A DNA stretch of 64,000 nt from Gammaproteobacteria bacterium UBA2675 (GCA_002354805.1 DEMH01000015.1:116021-180020); one strand, 5' to 3'. Shown: positions 24,134 to 35,491, counted from the stretch's first letter. Numbers and translations: made by a program. Notes: generated by a model not told the origin, from the sequence alone.

Positions 24134-27001
24134 ATGACTATTCACCGTAAAACTCAATCGTTGAGATATCTCATCCATGCCTGCCTGGCCGGGACATTGA
24201 CGCTGCCAGCCATGGCAGTCGCCCAGCAGGAAGAGCCCGCCGAAATCGAAGAAGTAATCGTTACCGGCTCCTTTATCCGCAACAGTGCCTTTGCCCAGAA
24301 CAACCCGGTAGATACCGTCAGCCAGGCAGACATTCTTGAGTCTGGCGCGCCAAACATGGGCAACTACATCCGTGACCTGACCTATACCCAGAACACCAAC
24401 ACGGTCGCCAACGTTAATGCCGGTAACAGTGGTACACAGTCGAGTGTTGGCACCACGTTCAACCTGCGTGGTCTGGGTGAGAACAGCACCCTGACACTGA
24501 TGGACGGTACCCGTTCCGTCGATGCCGGTATCAACACATTGCTTCCGGAAATTGCCATTGATCGTCTGGAAGTCGTTCTGGACGGTGGTTCTGCACTGTA
24601 CGGCTCCGACGCGGTGGCCGGTGTTGTCAACCTGATCCCCGTTAAAGATTTTGACGGTCTGCGTACGCGCGTATATCACCAGCGCGACGACCCCGGTGCC
24701 TTTGAAGACAACAAGATTGGCATCCTGTTTGGCCGCAACTTCCGCAATGGCCTCAACTGGGTAGTCGCCGCGGATTACGCGCGCACCACACCGCTGATGA
24801 CCTTTGAACGCCCACGTACGCTGCGCGCTGACTATGGTTGGGCGACTTCTGGTAACCCAGGTGTATGGCGGGAACTTCAGGGTGCCACTGCTGACCCCGG
24901 TCGCGTCCATGGAGGCAGCCAGGTTGGTTCCAATCTCGTTGATCCCAGTTGCGGTACCTTCAATGCTGTGACTGATTTCGGTCAGGCAGATAACAATCCC
25001 AGCGGTATCCGTCGCGGTAGCAACTGCTATTTTAACTATTCGCAGCAATGGCCGCTGGCCGAAGGCAAGACTGAAGCCAACCTGTTTCAGAATCTTACCT
25101 ATCAGCTGAACCAGCGCGTCCAGCTGGAAGCGCAAATGTCACTGGCCAGTCGCGAGAGCGAAAACCACAATACGCTGTCCTATCAGTTGAATGCCAACAA
25201 CCGTGAAGCGCTGGTTGTTCCTGCAGCGCATCCGGCTAACCCGTTTAATGTCGACGTTGGTCCTTTCCTGTGGCGTCCGTTTGCTGCCGCAGGCACGCTG
25301 CCATCCTATGCTGACGATGCAACTGGTGCACGTAAGCAGACCTACGAAGACAAGATTCAGCGCTACAAGGTCGGTGCACGTTTTGATGTCACTGATACCT
25401 GGACGGCAAATACTTCGTACTCCTTCCAGCACACGCATCGTGATTACACGGCACGTATGATCAACATGCCGAACCTTGCCAATGCGCTGATCGGTCGTGG
25501 TGGTCCTGGCGGTAACGAGTGGTTCAACCCCTTCGGCTCTGCAGACCCACGTTCGCCGTTCTATAATGCCAGCGTTACGGGTAACAGCCAGGAGCTGGTG
25601 GACTGGATTGCGCCAACAGTGCCTTTCCGTACTTCCGAGCAAGAGTTGACGGTGTTCGAAGTAAACGCAACGGGTGACCTGTATGAGCTGCCAGCGGGTA
25701 TGGCGCAGATGGCTGTTGGTTACCAGATGCGTGACATCCAGGAGTGGAACTACGCCAACCCGCTGTCTGCGGCTGGCATCGACTACAACACCAGTATCAT
25801 TGATACACCGCCGACATCACGCAACTACGGCAGCCGTGTCCAGGCCGCCTATCTGGAATTCGAAGTGCCGATTCTGGAAACGTTGGATGCACAGATTGCT
25901 GTACGTCACGAAAACTTCACCACATTTGGTCTGGAAACCACCACGCCTAAAGTGGCTCTGCGTTGGGAAGCGCTGCCCACTCTGGCATTCCGGGCCTCTG
26001 TTGGTGAAAGCTTCCTGGCGCCAACTCCGGCCAACGCACGTCCGTTTGATCCAAACGAGAACTGCGGTGAAATTTTCTTCGGTGCTGACCCGATCACAGG
26101 TGGTGTACTCAACGGTGGCGCTACCTGTTCGTCAGGCAACCCAAACCTGAAGCCAGAAACTTCTGACATCTGGAACGTGGGCTTTACCTGGGAGCCGCTG
26201 GACGACCTGAGTCTGAGCCTGGACTACCAGTCAATTGAATACACTGACCGTATCCGTACCCTTGGTACCCTGGATATCGTGGCGATCGAGTTTGAAGAAA
26301 TGCTGGCAGCGATTGGTTCCACACCAGGCGCCTACGATCCTACACCGGGCTCCGCGACTCGTCAGGCAGCCAATGCCTGGATTGCTGCTGGCGGCACGCC
26401 TAAAGCCAGCGTGACGCGTGAAGCGGGCACTCAGCGCGTTTCCCGTGTGGTAAGCCAGGCGCAGAACGTCAGTACGGTATGGGTCGATCTTTTTGATGCC
26501 CGTGCCAACTACTCGTTCGACACCAGCCTGGGTAACTTCTCCGCCACTCTGAGCGCCACGTACAACACCAAGTACGAGTATGCGGACGGTGGTGATGTGG
26601 TTGATGCACTGGGTCGCCAGAATGCGCGTACCGGTATCGTTGCACCTGTACCTGAGTTAAAGTCACAGCTGCGTGTAGGCTGGATGCGCGAGAATCATAA
26701 CGCCTCGGTAACGTACAACTATCAGGACGAAGTGATTTTCGATGACGCCGTCAACAATCTGCTGACCGGCACACCGCCACCCGCTGACGGTAAGGTCGAT
26801 GCGTGGGATACGGTGAACGCTCAGTACACTTACCTGTTCGACGATTATTTCGACAGTGATATCAGCCTGAGTGTCGGTGTCAGCAACCTGTTTGACAAAC
26901 AGCCACAGTTGCTGCCGATTCTGGGTGGTTTCGAAAGCCGTCTGCACGCTCCGTGGGGACGTCAGTTCTGGATGTCAGTAGACTGGCAGCCACGCTTCTG
27001 A
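24134..27001 (+). CDS. TonB-dependent outer-membrane receptor
   Basis: Signal peptide; EEVIVTGSFIRN TonB-box/plug region; LEVVLDGGSALYGSDAVAGVVNLI; C-terminal ...SVDWQPRF ending in an aromatic residue. Confidence 0.95.
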   Translation: MTIHRKTQSLRYLIHACLAGTLTLPAMAVAQQEEPAEIEEVIVTGSFIRNSAFAQNNPVDTVSQADILESGAPNMGNYIRDLTYTQNTNTVANVNAGNSGTQSSVGTTFNLRGLGENSTLTLMDGTRSVDAGINTLLPEIAIDRLEVVLDGGSALYGSDAVAGVVNLIPVKDFDGLRTRVYHQRDDPGAFEDNKIGILFGRNFRNGLNWVVAADYARTTPLMTFERPRTLRADYGWATSGNPGVWRELQGATADPGRVHGGSQVGSNLVDPSCGTFNAVTDFGQADNNPSGIRRGSNCYFNYSQQWPLAEGKTEANLFQNLTYQLNQRVQLEAQMSLASRESENHNTLSYQLNANNREALVVPAAHPANPFNVDVGPFLWRPFAAAGTLPSYADDATGARKQTYEDKIQRYKVGARFDVTDTWTANTSYSFQHTHRDYTARMINMPNLANALIGRGGPGGNEWFNPFGSADPRSPFYNASVTGNSQELVDWIAPTVPFRTSEQELTVFEVNATGDLYELPAGMAQMAVGYQMRDIQEWNYANPLSAAGIDYNTSIIDTPPTSRNYGSRVQAAYLEFEVPILETLDAQIAVRHENFTTFGLETTTPKVALRWEALPTLAFRASVGESFLAPTPANARPFDPNENCGEIFFGADPITGGVLNGGATCSSGNPNLKPETSDIWNVGFTWEPLDDLSLSLDYQSIEYTDRIRTLGTLDIVAIEFEEMLAAIGSTPGAYDPTPGSATRQAANAWIAAGGTPKASVTREAGTQRVSRVVSQAQNVSTVWVDLFDARANYSFDTSLGNFSATLSATYNTKYEYADGGDVVDALGRQNARTGIVAPVPELKSQLRVGWMRENHNASVTYNYQDEVIFDDAVNNLLTGTPPPADGKVDAWDTVNAQYTYLFDDYFDSDISLSVGVSNLFDKQPQLLPILGGFESRLHAPWGRQFWMSVDWQPRF

Positions 27002-27025
27002 TTTACGCCAACAGAGCGTAACTGC

Positions 27026-27063
27026 AAAAAGAAGCCCGGATCTCACGATCCGGGCTTCTTTGT
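27026..27063. terminator. bidirectional rho-independent terminator between the convergent TBDR and csp genes
   Basis: GAAGCCCGGATC-TCAC-GATCCGGGCTTC stem flanked by A5 upstream and a T-rich tract downstream. Confidence 0.8.
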
Positions 27064-27108
27064 CTGGGGCTGTTCCCCAGAATTAACTGCCTGAGCTGTG
27101 CGTATGCC

Positions 27109-27315
27109 TTACAGGCCGACGACGTTCTCAGCCTGCAGGCCTTTGGCGCCTTGCGAAACTGTGAACTCAACACGCTGGCCTTCTGCCAGAGTCTTGAAGC
27201 CGTCTGATTTGATGGCGCTGTAGTGAACGAAGACATCAGGACCGTTGTCCTGCTGAATGAAGCCAAAACCTTTGGTTTCGTTGAAGAATTTCACCTGGCC
27301 GGTAACTGTAGACAT
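27109..27315 (-). CDS. cold-shock protein, CspA family
   Basis: [51 protein letters not shown] (RNP1/RNP2 motifs); 68 aa. The track ORF 27109..27576 is an artefactual N-terminal extension. AAGGA SD before ATG 27315. Confidence 0.9.
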   Translation of the reverse strand: MSTVTGQVKFFNETKGFGFIQQDNGPDVFVHYSAIKSDGFKTLAEGQRVEFTVSQGAKGLQAENVVGL

Positions 27316-27773
27316 ACTGAATTTCCTTGTTGCTGCAAATGTTGCAGCGGTATTAAATAGGTATTGATAACACTTTGCACGGCCTTGACGGTCACGCCCG
27401 GCGCCAAAGTGGATAAACGCACCCAAAGCATCAAGCTTAAAAGCACGAAGCTCAAATACGATTACAAATATGAGATACAGAACGAGGGACTGATTGCGGT
27501 ACTTCGTATTGCAGACATAAATATAGCCGGTATTCTGGCTTATCACGCAGTCTACAGCAGCTTCCTGGAATGTCAACGAGTATTTTTGCTGCTGTTCCGC
27601 GAGCTGATACTCCCCTGAAGCTCAGTGTGGCAGCAATCCACCCGCAGTGGTGTTGGAAGCGCTGGCCTGCAGCAGAGTATTACAATATCCGGGGGGCTGA
27701 GTTATCATCTGAACCTGTTCACAATAAATCGAATAACGACGTACAAGAATCACAATAGAAAAGGGGTGGGGAT

Positions 27774-29069
27774 ATGCAATTGACGACATTCTCGGGCCGA
27801 CAGGTACTGAGGGCTGCAGCATTTCTGGGCGCAGCCCTGGCGCTGGTTTCCACAGCAGCAGCCGACAATCTCTCCTACGGTACACCCGAATCGGTCGGCA
27901 TGTCTTCGGAGCGCCTGGAACGTATTGCACCAGTTCTGAATCAATATGTCGACGACGGAGAACTGGTCGGTGTTGTCAGCATGATTGCCCGGCGCGGGGA
28001 AATCGTCCATTTCGATGCCTATGGTGACATCAATCAGCAGACCGGTCAGGATGTTGAGCGGGACAGCATATTCCGTATTTACTCAATGACCAAACCGATC
28101 ACCACGCTGGCCGTGATGATGTTGTACGAGGAAGGCAAACTGCTGCTTACCGACCCGGTGGAGAAATATCTGCCGGCTTTCCGCAACGTTCGCGTGGCGG
28201 GTCCAGGCGGTGCACTGGTGGCGCCTGAGCGTCCGATGACCGTGCAGATGTTGATGACGCATACTTCAGGTCTGACGTACGGCGTGTTTGGCGATACCAT
28301 GGTTGACCGCCAGTATCGGGAAGCCAATGTCATGGCTGCTCCCGACCTTGATACCTTCATTGAGCGACTGGGACAGATACCATTGCAGTATCAGCCCGGC
28401 ACGCGTTTTCATTACAGTGTGTCAACTGACGTTCTGGGTGCGCTTGTTGAAGCTGTGTCAGGTATGACACTGGGTGAATTCTTTGAGACCCGTATCTTTG
28501 AGCCGCTGCAGATGCAGGACACTTTTTTCCAGGTGCCACAGGAAAAGCTGAACCGCTTCGGTACCAATCATAGTTACAATCCGCAAACTGCTCAGCTGGA
28601 AATCGCTGACAATCCTGCCAATAGCAATTTTGTGAACCGTATGACCTTCGAGTCCGGTGGTGGCGGTCTGCTGTCCACCACGGAAGATTACATGCGTTTC
28701 GCCCAGATGGTACTCAACGGTGGTGAGCTTGATGGTGTACGCATCATTGGCAACAAGACCCTCGAGTACATGACACAAAACCATCTGCCAGGCATTTTTG
28801 GTGACCAGGGCACGCATGACCCGCAGACATTACCGGGTTTCGTAAATGGTACCGGCTTCGGTCTGGGTTTTGCAGTGGTGGAAGACCAGACAGCTGCTGG
28901 TGGTGTTGGCTCTGACGGTGAATATTACTGGGGTGGTGCCGCAGGTACCATTTTCTGGATCGATCCCGTCGAAGACCTGATCGGTATCGTCATGATTCAG
29001 CACATGAACGTCCGTGTTCCTCTGCGTGCCACATTCAAGGCACTGACCTATGCAGCCATCACAGACTGA
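27774..29069 (+). CDS. secreted serine hydrolase of the beta-lactamase/esterase (class C-like) family
   Basis: Signal peptide; SxxK motif in FRIYSMTKPIT; 431 aa. Confidence 0.85.
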   Translation: MQLTTFSGRQVLRAAAFLGAALALVSTAAADNLSYGTPESVGMSSERLERIAPVLNQYVDDGELVGVVSMIARRGEIVHFDAYGDINQQTGQDVERDSIFRIYSMTKPITTLAVMMLYEEGKLLLTDPVEKYLPAFRNVRVAGPGGALVAPERPMTVQMLMTHTSGLTYGVFGDTMVDRQYREANVMAAPDLDTFIERLGQIPLQYQPGTRFHYSVSTDVLGALVEAVSGMTLGEFFETRIFEPLQMQDTFFQVPQEKLNRFGTNHSYNPQTAQLEIADNPANSNFVNRMTFESGGGGLLSTTEDYMRFAQMVLNGGELDGVRIIGNKTLEYMTQNHLPGIFGDQGTHDPQTLPGFVNGTGFGLGFAVVEDQTAAGGVGSDGEYYWGGAAGTIFWIDPVEDLIGIVMIQHMNVRVPLRATFKALTYAAITD

Positions 29070-29105
29070 TGCAATTTTGCCAAACAGATACAAAGGAATA
29101 GCTTG

Positions 29106-30248
29106 ATGCGTTTGCTTAACTCAAGTGAGCAGGTAGTGATCAGTGGTGTTGGTCTATGGACACCTGATCACGTGGTAACCAATCAGGAGCTGGTCGAGGC
29201 ACTTAATGCCTATGCTGACAAGTTCAATCAGGAGCATGCCGCTGGCATCGAAGCCGGTGATGTCAAACCGGTGATGAAGTCGGATGCAGACTTCATTGAG
29301 AAAGCCAGCGGGATCAAGCAACGCTACGTCTACGTCAAGGACGGCATTCTTGATATCGATCGTATGCGTCCCAGGATCGAAGAACGCGCTGACGGCGAGC
29401 TCAGTCACCAGGCAGAGATTGCCCTGCATGCCGCACGCAAGGCAATGACAGCAGCCAATAAAACCGGCGCCGACATTGATGCGGTGGTTGTCAGTTGTGC
29501 CTACACCCAGCGTGCCTACCCGGCGATTGCCATCGAAGTTCAGCATGAACTGGGTATAAACGGCTTTGGTTTTGACATGCTGGTTGCCTGCTCAGCGGCC
29601 ACCTTCGCGCTGCACCGTGCCTACGAAATGGTCCGTGCCGGTACCGCGCGTGCAGTGCTGGTTATCAATCCGGAACTGGTGTCACCGCAGGTTAACTATC
29701 GTGATCGCGACAGTCACTTCATATTTGGTGATGTGGCCACGGCGGTCATTGTGGAGCGCAAGGATCTGGCCAGCAGTGAACATCAGTTTGATGTACTTGG
29801 CACGCAGGCGAAAACGCTTTATTCCAACAACATACGTTCCAATTTCGGTTATATGTCACGCGCCTATGACGGAGATCCTTTTACGGCTGACAAACTCTTC
29901 CATCAGGAAGGCCGCTCAGTGTTCAAGGAAGTCTGCCCGATGGCTGCGGAGCACCTGTCTGAACATCTGCGCCTTTACGGTTACCAGCCTGAGGATGTCC
30001 GCCGCTGGTGGCTGCATCAGGCAAACATCAATATGAATCAGTTGATTTCTAAGAAACTGCTTGGCCGCATGCCTGATGGCGACGAAGCTCCCATCGTGCT
30101 GGACCGCTATGCCAATACGGCGTCGGCAGGGTCGATCATAGCGTTTAACCTGCATCACCAGGATATGGTGCAAGGGGAGCTGGGTGTGTTGTGTTCTTTT
30201 GGTGCCGGCTACTCGATTGGAAGCCTGCTTCTGAAAAAATGTGCATAA
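29106..30248 (+). CDS. beta-ketoacyl-ACP synthase III family protein (long FabH-like form)
   Basis: Cys-His-Asn triad contexts LVACSAATFAL, WWLHQANINM, DRYANTASAGS. I preferred ATG 29106 to the TTG at 29103. Confidence 0.85.
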   Translation: MRLLNSSEQVVISGVGLWTPDHVVTNQELVEALNAYADKFNQEHAAGIEAGDVKPVMKSDADFIEKASGIKQRYVYVKDGILDIDRMRPRIEERADGELSHQAEIALHAARKAMTAANKTGADIDAVVVSCAYTQRAYPAIAIEVQHELGINGFGFDMLVACSAATFALHRAYEMVRAGTARAVLVINPELVSPQVNYRDRDSHFIFGDVATAVIVERKDLASSEHQFDVLGTQAKTLYSNNIRSNFGYMSRAYDGDPFTADKLFHQEGRSVFKEVCPMAAEHLSEHLRLYGYQPEDVRRWWLHQANINMNQLISKKLLGRMPDGDEAPIVLDRYANTASAGSIIAFNLHHQDMVQGELGVLCSFGAGYSIGSLLLKKCA

Positions 30249-30263
30249 AGTCTGTCTGATGTC

Positions 30264-31424
30264 ATGTTGCACAGGTGTTTTTTTCGACAGGTAGTTCTTA
30301 TGTTCCCGAGACAGTTTGCAAGAAGATCTTTTAGACAGGCGGCGGCACTGGGCCTCGCCAGCGTATGTGCCATGTCAGGCCATGCGTCGACTCCTCAGGA
30401 GCGGGGAGAGTGGATGGCCGCCATGGGTGAGTCGGGCCTGCGGGCTTTTTACTCATCCGGCAGTGATTTTGGTGAAATCGTCAATCGCGCGGTGAGCTAT
30501 CAAACTGCTCAGCGTTTGTATCAGGGAGCGCAGGGTCGTCCTGGGGCACCTGACGCTGATGATATGCGTTCGCGAAGCAACACCTGGGTTACCCAGAATG
30601 ATTCCCTGATTCCGATTTTCGACAATGTGGCCCGGCCTGTTTTCGGGCGCGTGCTGGTTCGAGTGGCCGGCCGCGATGAACCGGGCAGAGTACAGAGCCG
30701 TAGTGATCGTCTGGATCTGGGTATTGTGTATGCGCCTACCGCTCAGTCCTTTGTCAGTATTGGCATGGGCGCTGAAGAAACGACAGCGGATATCCTGTAT
30801 GCCGATGGCCGTTCCCGAGGGCAGTCATTCGGACCTCGTTTCGATGCAGGCATGTCATTTGGACCGGTTTGGTCTGCGGGCATTCGCTACGACCACCTGA
30901 AGTATCAGGGGGGCAGCGAGGTCAATGTAAATACACCTGCTGGCCGCCTGAATATCGCTCGCGATAATGAATACACGCGGCAGTATCTGTAGGCAGACCT
31001 GATCGGACGTTTCTACCCCAATCAACTGCCATTTCTACCAGAGCGTTCAGTGCTGCGATGGACCACCAGTCTGCAGATGCTGGACAATCGCTACGAGCAG
31101 TTTACTGACAGCCTCGGGCGACAGACCTCTGAGCCCTTTGGTCGTCATGAGCGGCTCTCATTGCTGCGCAGTGGTGTTAATGTCAGCCGTTCTTTCCGCG
31201 AGGGAAGCGACTGGAGCATGTTTGGTGAACTGGCCTACGATTACCAGTTTGATACCAATATGGCCTTTCCAATTGATGACCGCTCTGTTGTGACAGGAAC
31301 AGTCGGAATTGTCAGACAGCTGGCACGTGGCAAGCGTGTTCAGGTGTTCTACGATTATTACCATCACACACGTGATCGTCGCTCAAGAAGAAATATTTCG
31401 CTGATCGGGGTCATCGACTTCTGA
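30264..31424 (+). pseudogene. outer-membrane beta-barrel (autotransporter-beta-domain-like) protein gene interrupted by one in-frame TAG (30990-30992)
   Basis: ORFs 30264..30992 and 31050..31424 share a frame. Nineteen sense codons (ADLIGRFYPNQLPFLPERS) bridge them and there is no SD before GTG 31050. A signal-like N-terminus starts at ATG 30300 (MFPRQFARRSFRQAAALGLASVCAMSGHA). The C-terminus ends ...LIGVIDF. Confidence 0.6.
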
Positions 31425-32801
31425 TCAGCGGCTGTCTGTCTGCTCCTGATAGGTATCTTTGTATTTGCGGCCAAGCCACAGCGCAAGGAAAAACCATAAC
31501 AGTGACACTGGCAGCATGGTCAAGGCCAGACCCGTCAGTCCCATGCCAAACCATGCCATGGCGGTGTATGACCAGGCACCGACCTGATCGCCAACCCGAT
31601 AGACAAAGGTGTCGTTGAAGTTTTTGGCCTTGTATTTGTCAGTGCGCGACACGACCGTGTACAGCGACTCACGCGCCGGGCGCTGAATGGCAAAGTTGCC
31701 GGCGCGCCTGATCACGTCGAAAGTAATCACCACGAGTAATACTGGTGCAACGGCGAGCATGCCGAAGCCGACAAAGCTCACGATAGGCAGTAATGCCAGG
31801 CTCACACCGATGCCCAGCCAGCGTAGAATGCGGCCAGTCAGGAACATCTGCACGATCAGTGTTATGGCGTTAACCACCAGGTCACGATTGGCAAATAACT
31901 GTGTGCGGGCAGCCCGGTCATCACCGAGAGCTTCATTGACGATGGCGATCTGCGCGAAATACAGGTAGGTCGACACGATGGTAAACATCAGCATCAGTAG
32001 CGCGATACCGAGCAGGTAAGGAGAGCGCATCACATGAGCAAGTCCCTCCCAGACACTGCCACCGATGACTTCTGTCTGTTTGGCGCTGACCTGTTGCGTG
32101 AGGGTAGCGGAATCGGGTCTTTCGATATCCCGCATGTCTTTGTCCTTACCTGCTGCCTCATCGTCGATGGCAGCCATGGCCAGAATCTGTTCGTTGTCGC
32201 TGAGATAGCGTGAAACGCGCGCGGCGACTTCCAGCAGCGCAGCTGACACCAGCAGCAGAGTGACCGGCCCCAGTGCTGATGACAGGATGGAGGTAATCGT
32301 TGACCCCATCAGGGCGCCTGCGGTGCCGCCGAACGCTATGACACCAAACAGCCGTTTACTTTGCGAGGGGCGGAATACATCGTTGACCAGCGACCAGAAC
32401 ACCGACACCACAAACAGATTGAATACGCTGGCCCAGAGAAAAAACACACGGCCGGCCCAGACTTCACTGACGCCATCAAGCGCCTGAAAGGCCAGATAGA
32501 ATATGATCAGCTGGGCAATAAAAAAACGATAAACCAGGGCAATGAACTGCCTTCGGGTATAACGCGCCACCATGGCGGTATACACAGGGTGCAACAGCAT
32601 CATGCCGATCAGCGTGCCGGTAAACAGCCAGGCGAGGTTATCGACACCGCCAGCGGCGCCCATATCATCGCGAATGGGGCGGATAATGTAATAGGCACAG
32701 AGCAGCAGGAAATAATACAGGGCTGACAAAAACAGCGACGGACCTTCACCCTGACGGATATTGATGGATCGATTGACCAGCGCGTGCCAGGTAGACTTCA
32801 T
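31425..32801 (-). CDS. MFS-like transporter resembling the ATP/ADP-translocase (NTT/TLC) family
   Basis: Polytopic, about 12 TM helices. The N-terminal LFLSALYYFLLLCAYYIIRPIRDDMG matches the characteristic TLC-family first-helix motif. Substrate unknown. Confidence 0.6.
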   Translation of the reverse strand: MKSTWHALVNRSINIRQGEGPSLFLSALYYFLLLCAYYIIRPIRDDMGAAGGVDNLAWLFTGTLIGMMLLHPVYTAMVARYTRRQFIALVYRFFIAQLIIFYLAFQALDGVSEVWAGRVFFLWASVFNLFVVSVFWSLVNDVFRPSQSKRLFGVIAFGGTAGALMGSTITSILSSALGPVTLLLVSAALLEVAARVSRYLSDNEQILAMAAIDDEAAGKDKDMRDIERPDSATLTQQVSAKQTEVIGGSVWEGLAHVMRSPYLLGIALLMLMFTIVSTYLYFAQIAIVNEALGDDRAARTQLFANRDLVVNAITLIVQMFLTGRILRWLGIGVSLALLPIVSFVGFGMLAVAPVLLVVITFDVIRRAGNFAIQRPARESLYTVVSRTDKYKAKNFNDTFVYRVGDQVGAWSYTAMAWFGMGLTGLALTMLPVSLLWFFLALWLGRKYKDTYQEQTDSR

Positions 32802-32848
32802 GATGACCCCATCACTTGTGGTTTTTTGTTATTTGCAGCGTTCTTACG

Positions 32849-33799
32849 TTACAGCCAGCCTTTCAGTTTAAAGAATACATAGGGTGCGACACCCGACAGC
32901 ACCATCAGGCCAAGTGCCCAGGGGTAGCCCATGCTCCATTCCAGCTCCGGAATAAAGTCGAAGTTCATGCCATATATGCTGGCAATAACTGTGGGCGGCA
33001 GAAACACCACAGCGGCGATAGAGAATGTCTTGATGATCTGGTTCTGCTGGATGCTGATAAAACCCTGGGCAGCGTCCATCAGGAAGTTGATTTTGTCGAA
33101 TACAAAACTGTTATGTGGCAACAGTGAATCAATGTCACGCAGCAGCTCGCGTGCGGTTTCAGCGTGGACTGCGGAAAGTTTGCCCCGACGCAGCAGGAAG
33201 CTTAGCGCCCGTTGGGTATCCATCAGGCAGAGACGGACCTTGCCGTTGGTGTCTTCCTGGCGGGCCAGTTCGTCCAGTGCGTCCTCTATATCTGTGTCGT
33301 TATCTTCGAGTACCAGATTGCTGGTTTCCTCAAGCTGGGTATAAACCTCTTCCAGCGTATCGGCCAGGTCATCGATCTTGATTTCGAAAAGGCTGAGCAG
33401 AATGGCTACCGGATCTTCCGCCAGTCCGCGAAGACGCCGACCGCGCATGCGCATCAGACGGAACGCAGGAATTTCCCGCTCTCTGAGTGTAATAAGCTGC
33501 GTGTCAGTTAAGGTAAAGGCAACGCTGGTATTGCGATGGCGCTCATCGCTCTTGTGCAGGAAAAGCGAGTGAACGTGCAGGCCGGCTTCGTCCTGATAGG
33601 AGCGCGCGGAGGCCTCGATCTCCTCAACGTCTTCAGTGTCAGGCAGCGGTTGGCTGTGCAGGCTTTCGATCAGATTACGTTCGTCATCGTCCGGGTTGAC
33701 CAGATCCAGCCACATCGCCGCGGCCAGTGACTCACTGGTAATCTCGCCCTGGCTGGGTATCAGATGTCGCTGTTTATCAAGCTGGTATCGAATCAGCAT
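32849..33799 (-). CDS. corA: magnesium/cobalt transporter CorA
   Basis: YGMNF (GMN) motif followed by two C-terminal TM helices; 316 aa. Confidence 0.9.
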   Translation of the reverse strand: MLIRYQLDKQRHLIPSQGEITSESLAAAMWLDLVNPDDDERNLIESLHSQPLPDTEDVEEIEASARSYQDEAGLHVHSLFLHKSDERHRNTSVAFTLTDTQLITLREREIPAFRLMRMRGRRLRGLAEDPVAILLSLFEIKIDDLADTLEEVYTQLEETSNLVLEDNDTDIEDALDELARQEDTNGKVRLCLMDTQRALSFLLRRGKLSAVHAETARELLRDIDSLLPHNSFVFDKINFLMDAAQGFISIQQNQIIKTFSIAAVVFLPPTVIASIYGMNFDFIPELEWSMGYPWALGLMVLSGVAPYVFFKLKGWL

Positions 33800-33811
33800 A
33801 CTGGTGCCCCT

Positions 33812-35491
33812 TTAGATGTCGCGATCAGTAACGGCACCTTCGGACGCCGAGGCAACGGTGCGCGCGTATTTTGCCAGCACACCGCGCTTGTAGCGAGGGG
33901 CTGGGGGCTGCCAGCTTTTCAACCTGTTTTCTATTTCGCTGTCGTCAATATGCAGTGTGATCTGGTATGTCTCAGCGTCAATGGTGATCTGGTCGCCATC
34001 CTCTACGATGGCGATGGGGCCACCGGCAAATGCCTCCGGCGTCACATGGCCAACCACGAATCCATGGCTGCCGCCAGAGAACCGGCCGTCCGTGATCAGC
34101 GCCACATCCTTGCCAAGGCCACGGCCCATGATGGCAGAAGTGGGGCTTAACATTTCACGCATGCCGGGTCCACCACGCGGGCCTTCGTAACGAATAACAA
34201 TCACATCACCTGAGACAACGCTGCCATCAAGAATACCCTTTAGTGACTCTTCTTCCGACTGAAATACGCGTGCCCGTCCGGTAAAGGTCAGGCCTTCCTT
34301 GCCGGTGATCTTGGCGACGGCGCCTTCGGGGGCCAGGTTGCCCTTCATGACCACCAGGTGGCTGTCTTTCTTGATGGGATTGTCGAAGGGGTAGATGATT
34401 TTCTGGTCGTCCGGGTAGGGTGCCACGTCGGCCAGGTTTTCCGCCAGCGTTTTACCCGTTACCGTAAGACAGTTTCCATCCAGCATGCCGGCATCCAGCA
34501 TGCGCTTCATCAATGGCTGAATGCCGCCGATCTCGATCAGTTCGGACATCAGGAACTGGCCGCTGGGGCGCAGGTCGGCAAGCACCGGTGTGGTTTTACC
34601 GATCCTGCTGAAATCATCCAGCGTGATGGTCACGCCTATCGTGTGTGCCATGGCAATCAGGTGCAATACGGCATTGGTGGACCCGCCAAGTGCAATGACG
34701 ACCTTGATGGCATTTTCAAAGGCTGCCCTGGTCATGATATCGGACGGTTTGATGTCCCGTTCGATCAGATTCATGATGGCCGCACCCGCTCTCAGGCAGT
34801 CGTCCTGCTTCTCTTTGGATATGGCATTCTGGGCCGAACTGTTGGGCAGGCTCATGCCGAGTGCTTCAATGGCTGAGGCCATGGTGTTGGCTGTATACAT
34901 ACCACCACAGGAGCCGGGGCCGGGGATGGCGGTTTCCTCGATCTGGCGCAGTTCGATATCGGAGACATTGCCAGCTGCATGACCACCCACCGCTTCAAAA
35001 ACCGAGACGATGTCAGTGTGGTTCCTGCCCGGCAGGATGGTGCCGCCATAAATGAACAGAGAAGGGCGGTTCAACCTTGCCAGCCCCATCAGGCAGCCAG
35101 GCATGTTTTTGTCACAGCCGCCAATAGCAATAATACCGTCGTGGCCCATACAGCCAGACACCGCTTCGATCGAGTCGGCTATGATTTCTCGCGACACCAG
35201 AGAGTACTTCATGCCTTCGGTGCCCATGGATATACCGTCCGATATGGTGATCGTGTTGTAGATGACACCCTTGCCGCTGGCACTGTCGACACCCCGATTG
35301 ACGTGCTCGGCAAGGTCGTTGATATGCATGTTGCACGGTGTCACCATGCTCCAGGTGGAGGCAATTCCGACCTGGGGTTTGCGGAAGTCTTCGCGCGTAA
35401 AGCCGACGGCGTGCAACATGGCGCGGCTCGCCGCGTGTTCGACACCATCGACAACCTGGCTGGAGTATTTGCGTGTCTTATCGTTACTCAT
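33812..35491 (-). CDS. ilvD: dihydroxy-acid dehydratase (IlvD/Edd family, short form)
   Basis: [47 protein letters not shown]. Confidence 0.9.
   Translation of the reverse strand: MSNDKTRKYSSQVVDGVEHAASRAMLHAVGFTREDFRKPQVGIASTWSMVTPCNMHINDLAEHVNRGVDSASGKGVIYNTITISDGISMGTEGMKYSLVSREIIADSIEAVSGCMGHDGIIAIGGCDKNMPGCLMGLARLNRPSLFIYGGTILPGRNHTDIVSVFEAVGGHAAGNVSDIELRQIEETAIPGPGSCGGMYTANTMASAIEALGMSLPNSSAQNAISKEKQDDCLRAGAAIMNLIERDIKPSDIMTRAAFENAIKVVIALGGSTNAVLHLIAMAHTIGVTITLDDFSRIGKTTPVLADLRPSGQFLMSELIEIGGIQPLMKRMLDAGMLDGNCLTVTGKTLAENLADVAPYPDDQKIIYPFDNPIKKDSHLVVMKGNLAPEGAVAKITGKEGLTFTGRARVFQSEEESLKGILDGSVVSGDVIVIRYEGPRGGPGMREMLSPTSAIMGRGLGKDVALITDGRFSGGSHGFVVGHVTPEAFAGGPIAIVEDGDQITIDAETYQITLHIDDSEIENRLKSWQPPAPRYKRGVLAKYARTVASASEGAVTDRDI

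Noticed and set aside
27316-27576. N-terminal 87 codons of the 155-aa ORF containing the cold-shock protein.
   Set aside because: Csp homology starts exactly at [11 protein letters not shown], which has its own AAGGA SD. The extension runs through AT-rich leader sequence.
31050-31424. Treating the 124-aa ORF as an independent gene.
   Set aside because: It has no SD and a GTG start. It is in the same frame as the upstream ORF, with only one stop codon between them. By itself it encodes only the C-terminal strands of a beta-barrel.
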